Source of the DNA: Macrostomum lignano
Taxonomy: Eukaryota
NCBI GenBank assembly: GCA_002269645.1
Contig: NIVC01002240.1
Coordinates: 78,039 to 142,038, forward strand
Reading direction: 5' to 3'
DNA length: 64,000 nucleotides
Part shown: positions 10,212-22,169 of the stretch, piece by piece
Position numbering within the stretch: the stretch's first letter is position 1
How the letters are laid out: each line of letters starts with the position of its first letter
Notes under the pieces: generated by a model
Database searches by the model: none
What the model was told of the DNA's origin: nothing
The model's input: only the letters and a program-made list of their open reading frames with translations
Translations under genes and position numbers: made by a program

Positions 10212-12249
10212 CGGATAAGTTGAAAGTTCACTCTAGATCAGGCGCTCAGACTTGCATGTACTCAGTAGGTTCATGTGCTAATTCAAGTTTGTTGGTTCAT
10301 GAACGATTATATTGTCGAATAGCTACTTTTCTGCAGTCCTTAGAAATCTTTACTTTCATCCCAGTTTTTAATAATGATTGTACATCAGCAGGCACCGCAT
10401 AAAACGCTTGACCAGGCGAGGCAAAAGTCTCAGTACCTGTAATATTGTCAAATATTGTCGAATTTCTGGGGCAATGTCTCGCACTGCGGTATTTGTGGGA
10501 GGCAATAATGGTCTTTGTAGGGCGTAGGCCGTGCGCTGCACTCTCTGCCCCACATTATTATTCATGACTCATTCTCTCGCCTAAACTTGTTTACCAATTC
10601 TCGACCAATCGCGCATCGCTGCACCCCACCCCACAATATTGACTAATAAATATATTGAGTAAACAGAGCCATACAGAGGCCACCTTTTCGGCACGCAAAC
10701 CCAGACTTCACAGTCTTGTAGTTGTCCTTTTTGCCTGTGGGACTTGCTTATTACTAATTAGGCAACCCAGCTGACTTGTTTTCTGAGCAAATCCTTGGCT
10801 TAAAGGCGTCTTAGAAATTGCCAATATAATGTAGTATAGTGCAGTAGTCGTTAAAGCTTTTGCTAGTACAGCCTTCAGTTTACTGACAGAAAAGCTAGGT
10901 AGGTACCATGGTTTTTAGGTCAGGACAGGCTTAGGTATGGGTGCAGCTGCTTGTGGGGGAAACGCTTTCATCTGCAGGGAACCTCAAGCCAAGGGTGTTT
11001 TTGTCCCATCTCTATAGAAAGCTTCAAAGTCATGGCTTTGTGAGCACGCAACGTCAGCAGCGTCTCTGTGCGTAAAAGTGCTTTGCTAATCCAAAAATCT
11101 TTTACATTCACGCACTGAGTATATGCGTAATTAAATTTTTATGTTTTATCCTCAAGGTGAAGCATCCTAAATAGGTTTCAACTGAATTTAAAAAGCTCTT
11201 AAATCCTGTATCCTCTTTGGAATAACACCCTATCATGCCTTATATCACACTTGACTATCACACTTGACTAGATAAATGTGCCCGTTGATTGTACGAATAA
11301 AGTTTCAATTAATTTCTCTCTATTCTCTCTATATTCTATTCGAGTAGTGATACTCTGGTTTGAGCTATCAAAGTCATGTTGTCATGTTGACTGGACCTGA
11401 ATGCATTCCGGCATCGCCTCAAAAGTTGCAGGTGTCTCTGATGTTAGTCATTGGATTCTTTATTGAAATGGAAAAATTATTTTTAGAGCAACACCTAATT
11501 ATTAAAAGTTCATCACTTTCTAATATGGCTACTGCTGCTAGTAGGCTAATAGATGTATTGGAAAGAAAACTGTATAATTTTAACAACGATCTGAAAATAT
11601 AACGAAAAATAATCACACAGTACGAGCTATTCCCTCAGGGCTGTGTTTTCGAGACTACAACCAATTTATTTCTTCGAAAAATGGGAATAAGTCAGAAAAA
11701 AATAGAAGATCCTATAGCAGACTTAGAGGTTCTTTAGCGGATGACATTCCAGGGAGGGGTCAACGCTTAAACTAATTAAGACCTGGGAGGTATAAAGAAT
11801 GACATGAATGAAGTTTTTATCCTCCTAAACATATGATTTATATCGATTAAGGACATTAAGGAGAATACTACTGACTATATAATTGCTGTGTATTTTACAC
11901 TCATCAAGAAATTTCATTACCATTTTTCCTGCTCGACTAAATCCTTATTTAGGCTATGAGGCTGATTGAGTCAGACATTAATGTAACTTGCACTCAATCC
12001 TGGGTTAGATTACCTCTGTTTCTCTCCCTTGCTGGCGTCCTAATGCGCGAATGCTTCTATCATATTGCAGCTTTTTCTTATTTAGCTGCACTGAATAGGG
12101 AATACCGGTATAAGATAAAAATATTCTCTCTCCAAAAATGTCTTGGAAATAAGGCGTCAGCCATCAAGGCAGGAAAAACGAAGCGTTGGGTGCGCGCCTG
12201 TCCTCGCACCAGCAGCAGCACCTCTTGAAGTGGCTGTGGTCAGTGCAAC

Positions 12250-14945
12250 GCCGCAGGCACTCATTTTTGCGCCGCAGGCACTCATTTTGGCGTTGCCAGG
12301 CACTCATTTTGGCACCGCAGGCACTCATTTTGGCGCCGCAAGCACTCATTTTGGCGCCGCAAGCACTCATTTTGGCGCCGCAAGCACTCATTTTGGCGCC
12401 ACAGCCAGGCACTCATTTTTGCGCCGCAGCCAGGCACTCATTTTGGCGCAACAGCCAGGCACTCATTTTGGCGCCGCAGGCACTCATTTTGGCGCCGCAG
12501 GCACTCATTTTGGCGCCGCAGCCAGGCGCTCATTTTGGCGCCGCAGGCACTCATTTTGGCGCCGCAGCCAGGCGCTCATTTTGGCGCCGCAGGCACTCAT
12601 TTTGGCGCCGCAGGCACTCATTTTGGCGCCGCAAGCACTCATTTTGGCGCCACAGCCAGGCACTCATTTTGGCGCCGCAGGCACTCATTTTGGCGCCGCA
12701 GGCACTCATTTTAGCGTCGAAGGCACTCATTTTGGCGCCGCAGGCACTCGTTTTGGCGCCGCAGGCACTCATTTTAGCGTCGAAGGCACTCATTTTGGCG
12801 TCGAAGGCAATCATTTTGGCGCCGCAGGCACTCATTTTAGCGTCGAAGGCACTCATTTTAGCGCCGCAGGCACTCATTTTAGCGCCGCAGGCACTCATTT
12901 TGGCGCCGCAGGCACTCATTTTGGCGCCGCAGGCACTCATTTTGGCGCCGCAGCCAGGCACTCATTTTGGCGCCGCAGGCATTCATTTTGGCGCCGCAGG
13001 CACTCATTTTGGCGCCGCAGCCAGGCACTCATTTTGGCGCCACAGCCAGGCACTCATTTTGGCGCCGCAGGCACTCATTTTGGCGCCGCAGGCACTCATT
13101 TTGGCGTTGCCAGGCACTCATTTTGGCACCGCAGGCACTCATTTTGGCGCCGCAAGCACTCATTTTGGCGCCGCAAGCACTCATTTTGGCGCCACAGCCA
13201 GGCACTCGTTTTGGCGCCGCAAGCACTCATTTTGGCGCCACAGCCAGGCACTCATTTTTGCGCCGCAGCCAGGCACTCATTTTGGCGCCACAGCCAGGCA
13301 CTCATTTTGGCGCCGCAGGCACTCATTTTGGCGCCGCAGCCAGGCGCTCATTTTGGCGCCGCAGGCACTCATTTTGGCGCCGCAGCCAGGCGCTCATTTT
13401 GGCGCCGCAGGCACTCATTTTGGCGCCGCAGGCACTCATTTTGGCGCCGCAAGCACTCATTTTGGCGCCACAGCCAGGCACTCATTTTGGCGCCACAGCC
13501 AGGCACTCATTTTGGCGCCGCAGGCACTCATTTTGGCGCCGCAGGCACTCATTTTAGCGTCGAAGGCACTCATTTTAGCGCCGCAGGCACTCATTTTAGC
13601 GCCGCAGGCACTCATTTTGGCGCCGCAGGCACTCATTTTGGCGCCACAGCCAGGCACTCATTTTGGCGCCGCAGGCACTCATTTTGGCGCCGCAGGCACT
13701 CATTTTGGCGCCGCAGCCAGGCACTCATTTTGGCGCCGCAGGCACTCATTTTGGCGCCGCAGGCACTCATTTTGGCGCCGCAGCCAGGCACTCATTTTGG
13801 CGCCGCAGGCACTCATTTTGGCGCCGCAGGCACTTATTTTGGCGTTGCCAGGCACTCATTTTGGCACCGCAGGCACTCATTTTGGCGCCGCAAGCACTCA
13901 TTTTGGCGCCGCAAGCACTCATTTTGGCGCCACAGCCAGGCACTCATTTTGGCGCCGCAAGCACTCATTTTGGCGCCACAGCCAGGCACTCATTTTGGCG
14001 CCGCAGGCACTCATTTTGGCGCCGCAGGCACTCATTTTAGCGTCGAAGGCACTCATTTTGGCGCCGCAGGCACTCGTTTTGGCGCCGCAGGCACTCATTT
14101 AGCGTCGAAGGCACTCATTTTAGCGCCGCAGGCACTCATTTTAGCGCCGCAGGCACTCATTTTGGCGCCGCAGGCACTCATTTTGGCGCCGCAGGCACTC
14201 ATTTTGGCGCCGCAGCCAGGCACTCATTTTGGCGCCGCAGGCACTCATTTTGGCGCCGCAGGCACTCATTTTGGCGCCGCAGCCAGGCACTCATTTTGGC
14301 GCCGCAGGCACTCATTTTGGCGCCGCAGGCACTCATTTTGGCGCCGCAACCAGGCACTCATTTTGGCGCCGCAGCTAGGCACTCATTTTGGCGCCGCAGG
14401 CACTCATTTTGGCGCCGCAAGCACTCATTTTGGCGCAACAGCCAGGCACTCATTTTGGCGCCGCAGGCACTCATTTTGGCGCCGCAGCAAGTCGCTCATT
14501 TTGGCGCCGCAGGCATTTATTTTAGCGCCGCAGGCACTCATTTTGGCAGCGCACGCACTCATTTTGGCGCCACAGCCAGGCACTCATTTTGGCGCCGCAG
14601 GCATTTATTTTAGCGCCGCAGGCACTCATTTTGGCGCCGCAGCCACTCATTTTGGCGCCGCAAGCACTCATTTTGGCGCAACAGCCAGGCACTCATTTTG
14701 GCGCCGCAGGCACTCATTTTGGCGCCGCAGCAAGTCGCTCATTTTGGCGCCGCAGGCATTTATTTTAGCGCCGCAGGCACTCATTTTGACGCCGCAGGCA
14801 CTCATTTTGGCAGCGCACGCACTCATTTTGGCGCCACAGCCAGGCACTCATTTTGGCGCCGCAGGCATTTATTTTAGCGCCGCAGGCACTCATTTTGGCA
14901 GCGCAGGCACTCATTTTGGCGCCGTAGGCACTCATTTTGGCGCCC
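12250..14945. repeat. Minisatellite, 21-bp unit (gcaggcactcattttggcgcc) with 25-bp variant and higher-order blocks
   Basis: More than 120 copies; source of the 936-aa and 638-aa pseudo-ORFs. Confidence 0.97.
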
Positions 14946-15594
14946 TAAAGTAAAACTATTGAATTTCATAATGGAACAACACAAAGTTAGAGTAGAGGGG
15001 GGGGGAAGCATTGGATATGTCCCCCATCCGTGGCTTTTACTAAGGGGCATGTCCTCCTTGTCCGCCCCCCTCCCCGGAGGCGACGCCCCTGATTATACCA
15101 ACGAAAATCATGATTTTTTATAAATCCCTGTAGTTTCGGTTTGTAAGCAGGGTGCCTGTAGATTCTGATTCTACAATATTTTTGGCCAGCAATTACGAAT
15201 CGGAATGCCAATAATACCGCTGACACCTGAGGATGCGCTGACACAGTATTGACCCGCAGGTCATGGCTCAGACAGATTAATGGCCGATCGAAAACGCATT
15301 AACACTTCGCCACTCTTATCTGTGCTACCCCCGTATCTAATCATTTCAGCCACTAATGCTGAAAAAAGACAATGAAAAAAATGATCGATAAACACGGTTT
15401 ACTCAGAAATCTCTGCTTTCTTGTATCGATTAATTCTTACGTATTATAACATGGACTTCATATTTTGACTTTTTAAGGATTTTTTAATAAAACCTTTAAG
15501 ATCGCTACTTTCTAGATAGAATTCGGAAAGTAAAAATGAGTAAATTTTATTGGCTTTAACCACTAAATCTAGACAGGTTGAAAAATTATACGAT

Positions 15595-17030
15595 AGATGA
15601 TTCAGTTGCTAATCAGCTTCAGGCTAATGATTCAGTTGCTAATCAGCTTCAGGCTAATGATTCAGTTGCTAATCAGCTTCAGGCTAATGATTCAGTTGCT
15701 AATCAGCTTCAGGCTAATGATTCAGCTGCTAATCGGCTTCAGGCTAATGTTTCAGCTGCTAATCAGCTTCAGGCTAATGTTTCAGCTGCTAATCAGCTTC
15801 AGGCTAATGTTTCTGCTGCTAATCAGCTTCAGGCTAATGTTTCAGCTGCTAATCAGCTTCAGGGTAATGTTTCAGCTGCCAATCAGCTTCAGGCTAATGT
15901 TTCAGCTGCTAATCAGCTTCAGGCTAATGTTTCAGCTTCCAATTAGCTTCAGGCTAATGATTCAGCTGCTAATCAGCTTCAGGCTAATGTTTCAGCTGCC
16001 AATCAGCTTCAGGCTAATGATTCAGCTGCTAATCGGCTTCAGGCTAATGTTTCAGCTGCTAATTGCAGCTTCAGGCTAATGTTTCAGCTGCTAATCAGCT
16101 TCAGGCTAATGTTTCAGCTGCTAATCGGCTTCAAGCTAATGTTTCTGTTGCTCATCAGCTTCAGGCTAATGATTCAGCTGCTAATCAGCTTCAGGCTATT
16201 GTTTCAGCTGTTAACTGCAGCTTCAGGCTAATGTTTCAGCTGCTAATCAGCTTCAGGCTAATGTTTCAGCTGCTAATCAGCTTCAAGCTAATGTTTCTGT
16301 TGCTCATCAGCTTCAGGCTAATGATTCAGCTGCTAATCAGCTTCAGGCTAATGTTTCTGTTGCTAATCAGCTTCAGGCTAATGATTCAGCTGCTCATCAG
16401 CTTCAGGCTAATGATTCAGCTGCTAATCAGCTTCAGGCTAATGATTCAGCTGCTAATCGGCTTCAGGCTAATGTTTCAGCTGCTAATTGCAGCTTCAGGC
16501 TAATGTTTCAGCTGCTAATCGGCTTCAAGCTAATGTTTCTGTTGCTCATCAGCTTCAGGCTAATGATTCAGCTGCTAATCAGCTTCAGGCTATTGTTTCA
16601 GCTGTTAACTGCAGCTTCAGGCTAATGTTTCAGCTGCTCATCAGCTTCAGGCTATTGTTTCAGCTGTTAACTGCAGCTTCAGGCTAATTTTTCAGCTGCT
16701 CATCAGCTTCAGGCTAATGATTCAGCTGCTAATCAGCTTCAGGCTAATGTTTCTGTTGCTAATCAGCTTCAGGCTAATGATTCAGCTGCTCATCAGCTTC
16801 AGGCTATTTTTCAGCTGTTAATTGCAGCTTCAGGCTAATGTTTCAGCTGCTAATCAGCTTCAGGCTAATGTTTCAGCTGCTAATCAGCTTCAGGCTAATG
16901 TTTCAGCTGCCAATCAGCTTCAGGCTAATGTTTCAGTTGCTAATCAGCTTCAGGCTAATGTTTCAGCTGCTAATCAGCTTCAGGCTAATGTTTCAGCTGC
17001 CAATCAGCTTCAGGCTAATGTTTCAGCTGC
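15595..17030. repeat. Minisatellite, 30-bp unit (cagcttcaggctaatgtttcagctgctaat; 15+15 structure)
   Basis: About 48 copies immediately downstream of the GPCR stop. Confidence 0.97.
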
Positions 17031-17165
17031 TAATAAGCTTCTTTCACAGCTTTGTGTGCCAGACATTTAATGTTGAAAGCTCGACTCAGCTAATGAAGAA
17101 GTATCGAGATATTGCTGTGGAGATTGTCGAGTCGATTTTGTCAGAAATTGTCGTCTCTCTATCGC

Positions 17166-18152
17166 TCACTTGCCAGCCACTTTGCGGCAGAGCAACAAGC
17201 CGACCAATTCGCGTCGAAAATTCGGAGACGCGGCAACGTAGAGCAGAAAGTTGACGGTGTGGTTGAGATTGTACAGCATCTGGAACACCTCAGACAGCAG
17301 GTCTTTTGTGTCCTGCGATACATCAACCAGGTTGATAGCCATCAGGTAGGCAAAGTTCGGCATCAGGAGCACGACGAAGCTGGCCGAGATCGCCAGCGTC
17401 ACGGCTACGGAGCCGCGCATCGCCTTCGACGTTGCGTCCGAGGTCGAGGCCGACACTGCCGGGGGAGTGTTCGTCATCGCCGAGGAGTTCGAAGCGACCG
17501 ACGTCGAGCCGATCCGACGGCCGCGACGCATGCGGCGGCACAGCGCCCACAGCAGAATGGCGTTCAGCGCCAACACCAGCAGGCTGGGCGCGATGGCTAC
17601 CGTTGCCATGGCAACGTAGCTACGAATCTCCCTGGTCTGGGCGAACTCCGGCCGCCAGGTGCAGCGGAGCCGGGTGGAATTGCCAGCCGCCGGCACCACC
17701 ACCATGGCGCGGCCGAGCAGCACAATGATGTTCTTGGCCGCCGCTAGCAGCGCCAGGCCCAGCAGCTGCACCAGCGCCGCTCTGGTGGTTGCCAGGCGCC
17801 TGGCAGCCCGCGCCGGCGCCAGCAGCGCCACCAGCCGGTCGGCGGCCAGACAGGGCACAATCCACACGGCCACATCGCCGCTGCAGTACTCCAGGAAGGA
17901 CAACAGCGGGCAGGCAACATCGGCAGCTGGTGGCGGCGGGGCGCCGGCTCGGAGCGCCAGATCCGGGGCCAGACCGAACAGCAGGCTGATGGAGCCGCTG
18001 GCTGCCAGACCGCGAAGCTGGACGCTGATGCTGCCGCCGCGCAGTCGCTTGGCGGACATGGCCAGGAGAACCAGCGCGTTCGAGGGCAGGCCCAGACACA
18101 GCAGCATGGCGCGGTAGGCCAGGCCGAAGCTTTTCAGCTGCTCCGGCGTCAT
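17166..18152 (-). CDS. Rhodopsin-class (class A) GPCR, peptide/FMRFamide-receptor-like, single coding exon
   Basis: 328 aa with seven hydrophobic segments: TM1 LPSNALV, TM3 C..WIVPCLAADRL (DRY variant), TM6 FVVLLMP, TM7 LNHTVNFLLY, helix 8 NFRREL. Very short N-terminus, so an upstream exon is possible. Confidence 0.9.
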   Translation of the reverse strand: MTPEQLKSFGLAYRAMLLCLGLPSNALVLLAMSAKRLRGGSISVQLRGLAASGSISLLFGLAPDLALRAGAPPPPAADVACPLLSFLEYCSGDVAVWIVPCLAADRLVALLAPARAARRLATTRAALVQLLGLALLAAAKNIIVLLGRAMVVVPAAGNSTRLRCTWRPEFAQTREIRSYVAMATVAIAPSLLVLALNAILLWALCRRMRRGRRIGSTSVASNSSAMTNTPPAVSASTSDATSKAMRGSVAVTLAISASFVVLLMPNFAYLMAINLVDVSQDTKDLLSEVFQMLYNLNHTVNFLLYVAASPNFRRELVGLLLCRKVAGK

Positions 18153-18409
18153 GACGCGTCCAATTTGTTTATCTGATTGGCTTGTGTTTTGTTTATCTGA
18201 AGCAGAAAGTTGGAAGTTATTTCAAGAACCTAACGCAAAAAGGAGAGAGAGAGAGGAAGGAAGAGAAAAGAGGTCATAATAATCAGATTAGATTTACGTA
18301 GATTAAGGAACTGCCGAAACGTGTTGCTATTCGTCAGGGAAAGTTTTTGCTCTGATGGATTGATAGCCAACTTGATTCATCTATTATACATTTACAGGTC
18401 GGTAGTGAG

Positions 18410-18675
18410 AGAGGGAGGAGAGAGAGGGAGTGGGAGAGAGGGAGTGGGAGAGAGGGAGTGGGAGAGAGGGAGTGGGAGAGAGGGAGTGGGAGAGAGGGAG
18501 TGGGAGAGAGGGAGGAGAGAGAGGGAGTGGGAGAGAGGGAGTGGGAGAGAGGGAGTGGGAGAGAGGGAGTGGGAGAGAGGGAGGGGAGAGAGGGAGTGGG
18601 AGAGAGGGAGTGGGAGAGAGGGAGGGGAGAGAGGGAGTGGGAGAGAGGGAGTGGGAGAGAGGGAGTGGGAGAAGG
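18410..18675. repeat. Polypurine 14-bp repeat (gggagagagggagt)
   Basis: Direct inspection; almost pure purine. Confidence 0.95.
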
Positions 18676-19244
18676 AGGAACTACGAAAGGCGTTTAAAGA
18701 CACGGTACGGCCCTTATAGATGCAAAACGAAAATGGGTGAAAAAACAGCAAATTTATTTTTATCATAACGGAAGACTGGTATTATACTTGTGCCTGTCAA
18801 ACGGTGCATTTATCGGAGGTCGAGGGAGAGCAGAGGTTTATAGATAATAAACTGGGGCGTTGCGGCTGTTTGTGCTCTGTTTGGCTTGGACAGCCAGACG
18901 ATGAAGTAAAATCTCACTCATCCAGCATCCAGGATATTCTTATCTACGAGCGTAAAAAACCAGTGCAAACACTGCGCTCTGTGTGTCCCTCAATGGCTTT
19001 TGCTACTGTAGCTGGAAGACCATACTATAGTAGGTCGATCTGTGCTTAGAGAAGTCCGCTAAAATTCGTGACCCAGCCATGCAGCGGTTGGGTGCGAGCG
19101 ATCGCTGTCGTAAAAGCTTTATAAAAGTGCTATAGATTAAATATCAGTGCGATTAGGTACTTTTATCAGTTGAAAATGGATTAAACCTAAATCCTATGCA
19201 GATTTGTATAGGCGAGTTATAAGGTCGAACTTGAAATGCACCTA

Positions 19245-20310
19245 CCCTGCAGATGTACATGCGTCTCCCGTGTCTAACAGGATGTCACCTTTACCTAATC
19301 CTGCACATGTACATGCATCTCCCGTGTCTAACAGGATGTCACCTTTACCTAATCCTGCACATGTACATGCATCTCCCGTGTCTAACAGGATGTCACCTTT
19401 ACCTAAACCTGCACAGGTTCATGCGTCTCCTGTGTCTAACAGGATGTCACCTTTACCTAATCCTGCACATGTACATGCATCTCCCGTGTCTAACAGGATG
19501 TCACCTTTACCTAAACCTGCACATGTACATGCATCTCCCGTGTCTAACAGGATGTCACCTTTACCTAAACCTGCACATGTACATGCATCTCCCGTGTCTA
19601 ACAGGATGTCACCTTTACCTAAACCTGCACATGTACATGCATCTCCAGTGTCTAACAGGATGTCACCTTTACCTAATCCTGCACATGTACATGCATCTCC
19701 CGTGTCTAACAGGATGTCACCTTTACCTAATCCTGCACATGTACATGCATCTCCAGTGTCTAACAGGATGTCACCTTTACCTAATCCTGCACATGTACAT
19801 GCATCTCCCGAGTCTAACAGGATGTCACCTTTACCTAATCCTACACAGGTTCATGCATCTCCCGTGTCTAACAGGATGTCACCTTTTACCTAAACCTGCA
19901 CAGGTTCATGAATCTCCCGTGTCTAACAGGATGTCACCTTTTACCTAAACCTACACAGGTTCATGCATCTCCCGTGTCTAACAGGATGTCACCTTTACCT
20001 AAACCTGCACAGGTTCATGAATCTCCCGTGTCTAACAGGATGTCACCTTTACCTAACCCTGCACAGGTTCATGCATCTCCCGTGTCTAACAGGATGTCAC
20101 CTTTACCTAATCCTGCACATGTACATGCATCTTCCGAGTCTAACAGGATGTCACCTTTTACCTAATCCTGCACATGTACATGCATCTCCCGTGCCTAACA
20201 GGATGTCACCTTTACCTAAACCTGCACAGGTTCATGCATCTCCCGTGTCTAACAGGATGTCACCTTTACCTAATCCTGCACATGTACATGCATCTCCCGT
20301 GTCTAACAGG
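19245..20310. repeat. Minisatellite, 54-bp unit (cctgcacatgtacatgcatctcccgtgtctaacaggatgtcacctttacctaat)
   Basis: About 20 copies; the 18-aa periodicity of the ORFs confirms the 54-bp period. Confidence 0.97.
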
Positions 20311-20729
20311 ATATCCACCCATCCGTACAGGTGAATGTCACCAACCATCTAACAGGTAATTTCACAATGGCTGACATCGCCCACCCCGCTTGGTAGCTCC
20401 TATCCCATTTTCGTCCTGACGGCCAGCTTCACGACTCGTTGCCATGCTAACGAATCAAACGCTAATTCAGAAGGAAGCTTATGCAGCATTGTTGCAGCAC
20501 TCATTTCTCATCGCAAGTTTAAAAGTCGTGCTGGCACGGCAGTATTTTTCTATGGATTTTTATGAATTTGCATTCCTTTAAAATTTTATTTATAGCACTC
20601 CTGCATTAACTCTTGTTCCAATTCTATCGTCCAACAATGGTGCATTTGAGGCAATACAACTAATTAGTAATCGAAAAAGTGACACTCGAAGTGTTTACCC
20701 TATGCGAGCTACAATTATCCAAAGTGATG

Positions 20730-21290
20730 CTGACATCCGAAGTGACGCCCTGACATCCGAAGTGACGCCCTGACATCTGAAGTGACGCCCTGACATCCGA
20801 AGTGACGCCCTGACATCTGAAGTGACGCCCTGACATCCGAAGTGACGCCCTGACATCCGAAGTGACGCCCTGACATCCGAAGTGACGCCCTGACATCTGA
20901 AGTGACGCCCTGACATCTGAAGTGACGCCCTGACATCCGAAGTGACGCCCTGACATCCGAAGTGACGCCCTGACATCTGAAGTGACGCCCTGACATCCGA
21001 AGTGACGCCCTGACATCCGAAGTGACGCCCTGACATCTGAAGTGACGCTCTGACATCCGAAGTGACGCCCTGACATCCGAAGTGACGCCCTGACATCCGA
21101 AGTGACGCCCTGACATCTGAAGTGTCGCCCTGACATCTGAAGTGACGCCCTGACATCCGAAGTGACGCCCTGACATCCGAAGTGACGCCCTGACATCCGA
21201 AGTGACGCCCTGACATCCGAAGTGTCTCCCTGACATCTGAAGTGACGCTCTGACATCCGAAGTGTCGCCCTGACACAACCCTGACATCCG
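20730..21290. repeat. Minisatellite, 20-bp unit (gaagtgacgccctgacatcc)
   Basis: About 28 near-identical copies. Confidence 0.97.
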
Positions 21291-22169
21291 AATTTGCAGA
21301 CTCTCTAAGATTCCATTTGGCGTGGGCCTTCAAATATCCGAGGTACCATCAAAGTCTAGCGCTAAGCTTGTAGCAAGCGATACATTCACATCAAGTCTTG
21401 TACAGGTACATGTTGTGTTCTCTGAGCTCAAGCTTATTGGACAACATTTATGAGCAGATTTGCACACACGATAAACTCACCTGTTTTCCAAATTGAATTC
21501 GTTAAATTTCTGTCGCAGAATCGTGAATAATATTCTCTCCTTGAAGAATTAATGCAAGAATTGCAATGTGCTTTTGATTTTATTGGGATCAGGCCATGTT
21601 TAGACATTGGTCAGGTGTGAGCCAATCAGAGCTGGGAATTCAAATTAAATTACAGAAAAGACCTGTCCTATACCAGAGCATCCATCATATGGATTTGTGT
21701 ACCATTTGAATTCTCCATTTGATCTAGTATTTAATTTTGTTCCTAAAAATATTAAGGCTTTGCTTTTAAATTCTCAATACATTCGTTAAAGTACAGCAGT
21801 GTGACTAATTAAGGCCGAGGAATTCTTATTGTCTACTGTTTTGTCAGTTTGGCGTCCGGCCAAGCAGGGAATAGGGGTAGCCGCTCAATCCCTAGCGTTG
21901 ATATGAGAGACACTGTATGTAGTAGCCCTTGATCTTTTTCTTAATTATCAGATTATTGATTGCTTAAATAATAACTACAATAGCTATATGATTCATCAAA
22001 GGAGGTCAGAGGTCAGAGAAAAAGAAAAAGTTCTTTTTTCAGATGCTTTTGAAAAAAACACAATTTGTGCCTTAGGACTATCTACCATTATTTTGACTAC
22101 CATTATTTTGATTAAAAAACTATATGCTTTGTGTCGAACAATACATAGGTATACCCATCCCTATACATA

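Noticed and set aside
11250-11720. Possible old retroelement remnant (13-bp duplication, AATAAA, PQG-like codons)
   Set aside because: No continuous RT or endonuclease motif could be read.
12143-14953. 936-aa and 638-aa ORFs
   Set aside because: Translations of a stop-free 21/25-bp tandem repeat; several frames are open and there is no domain content.
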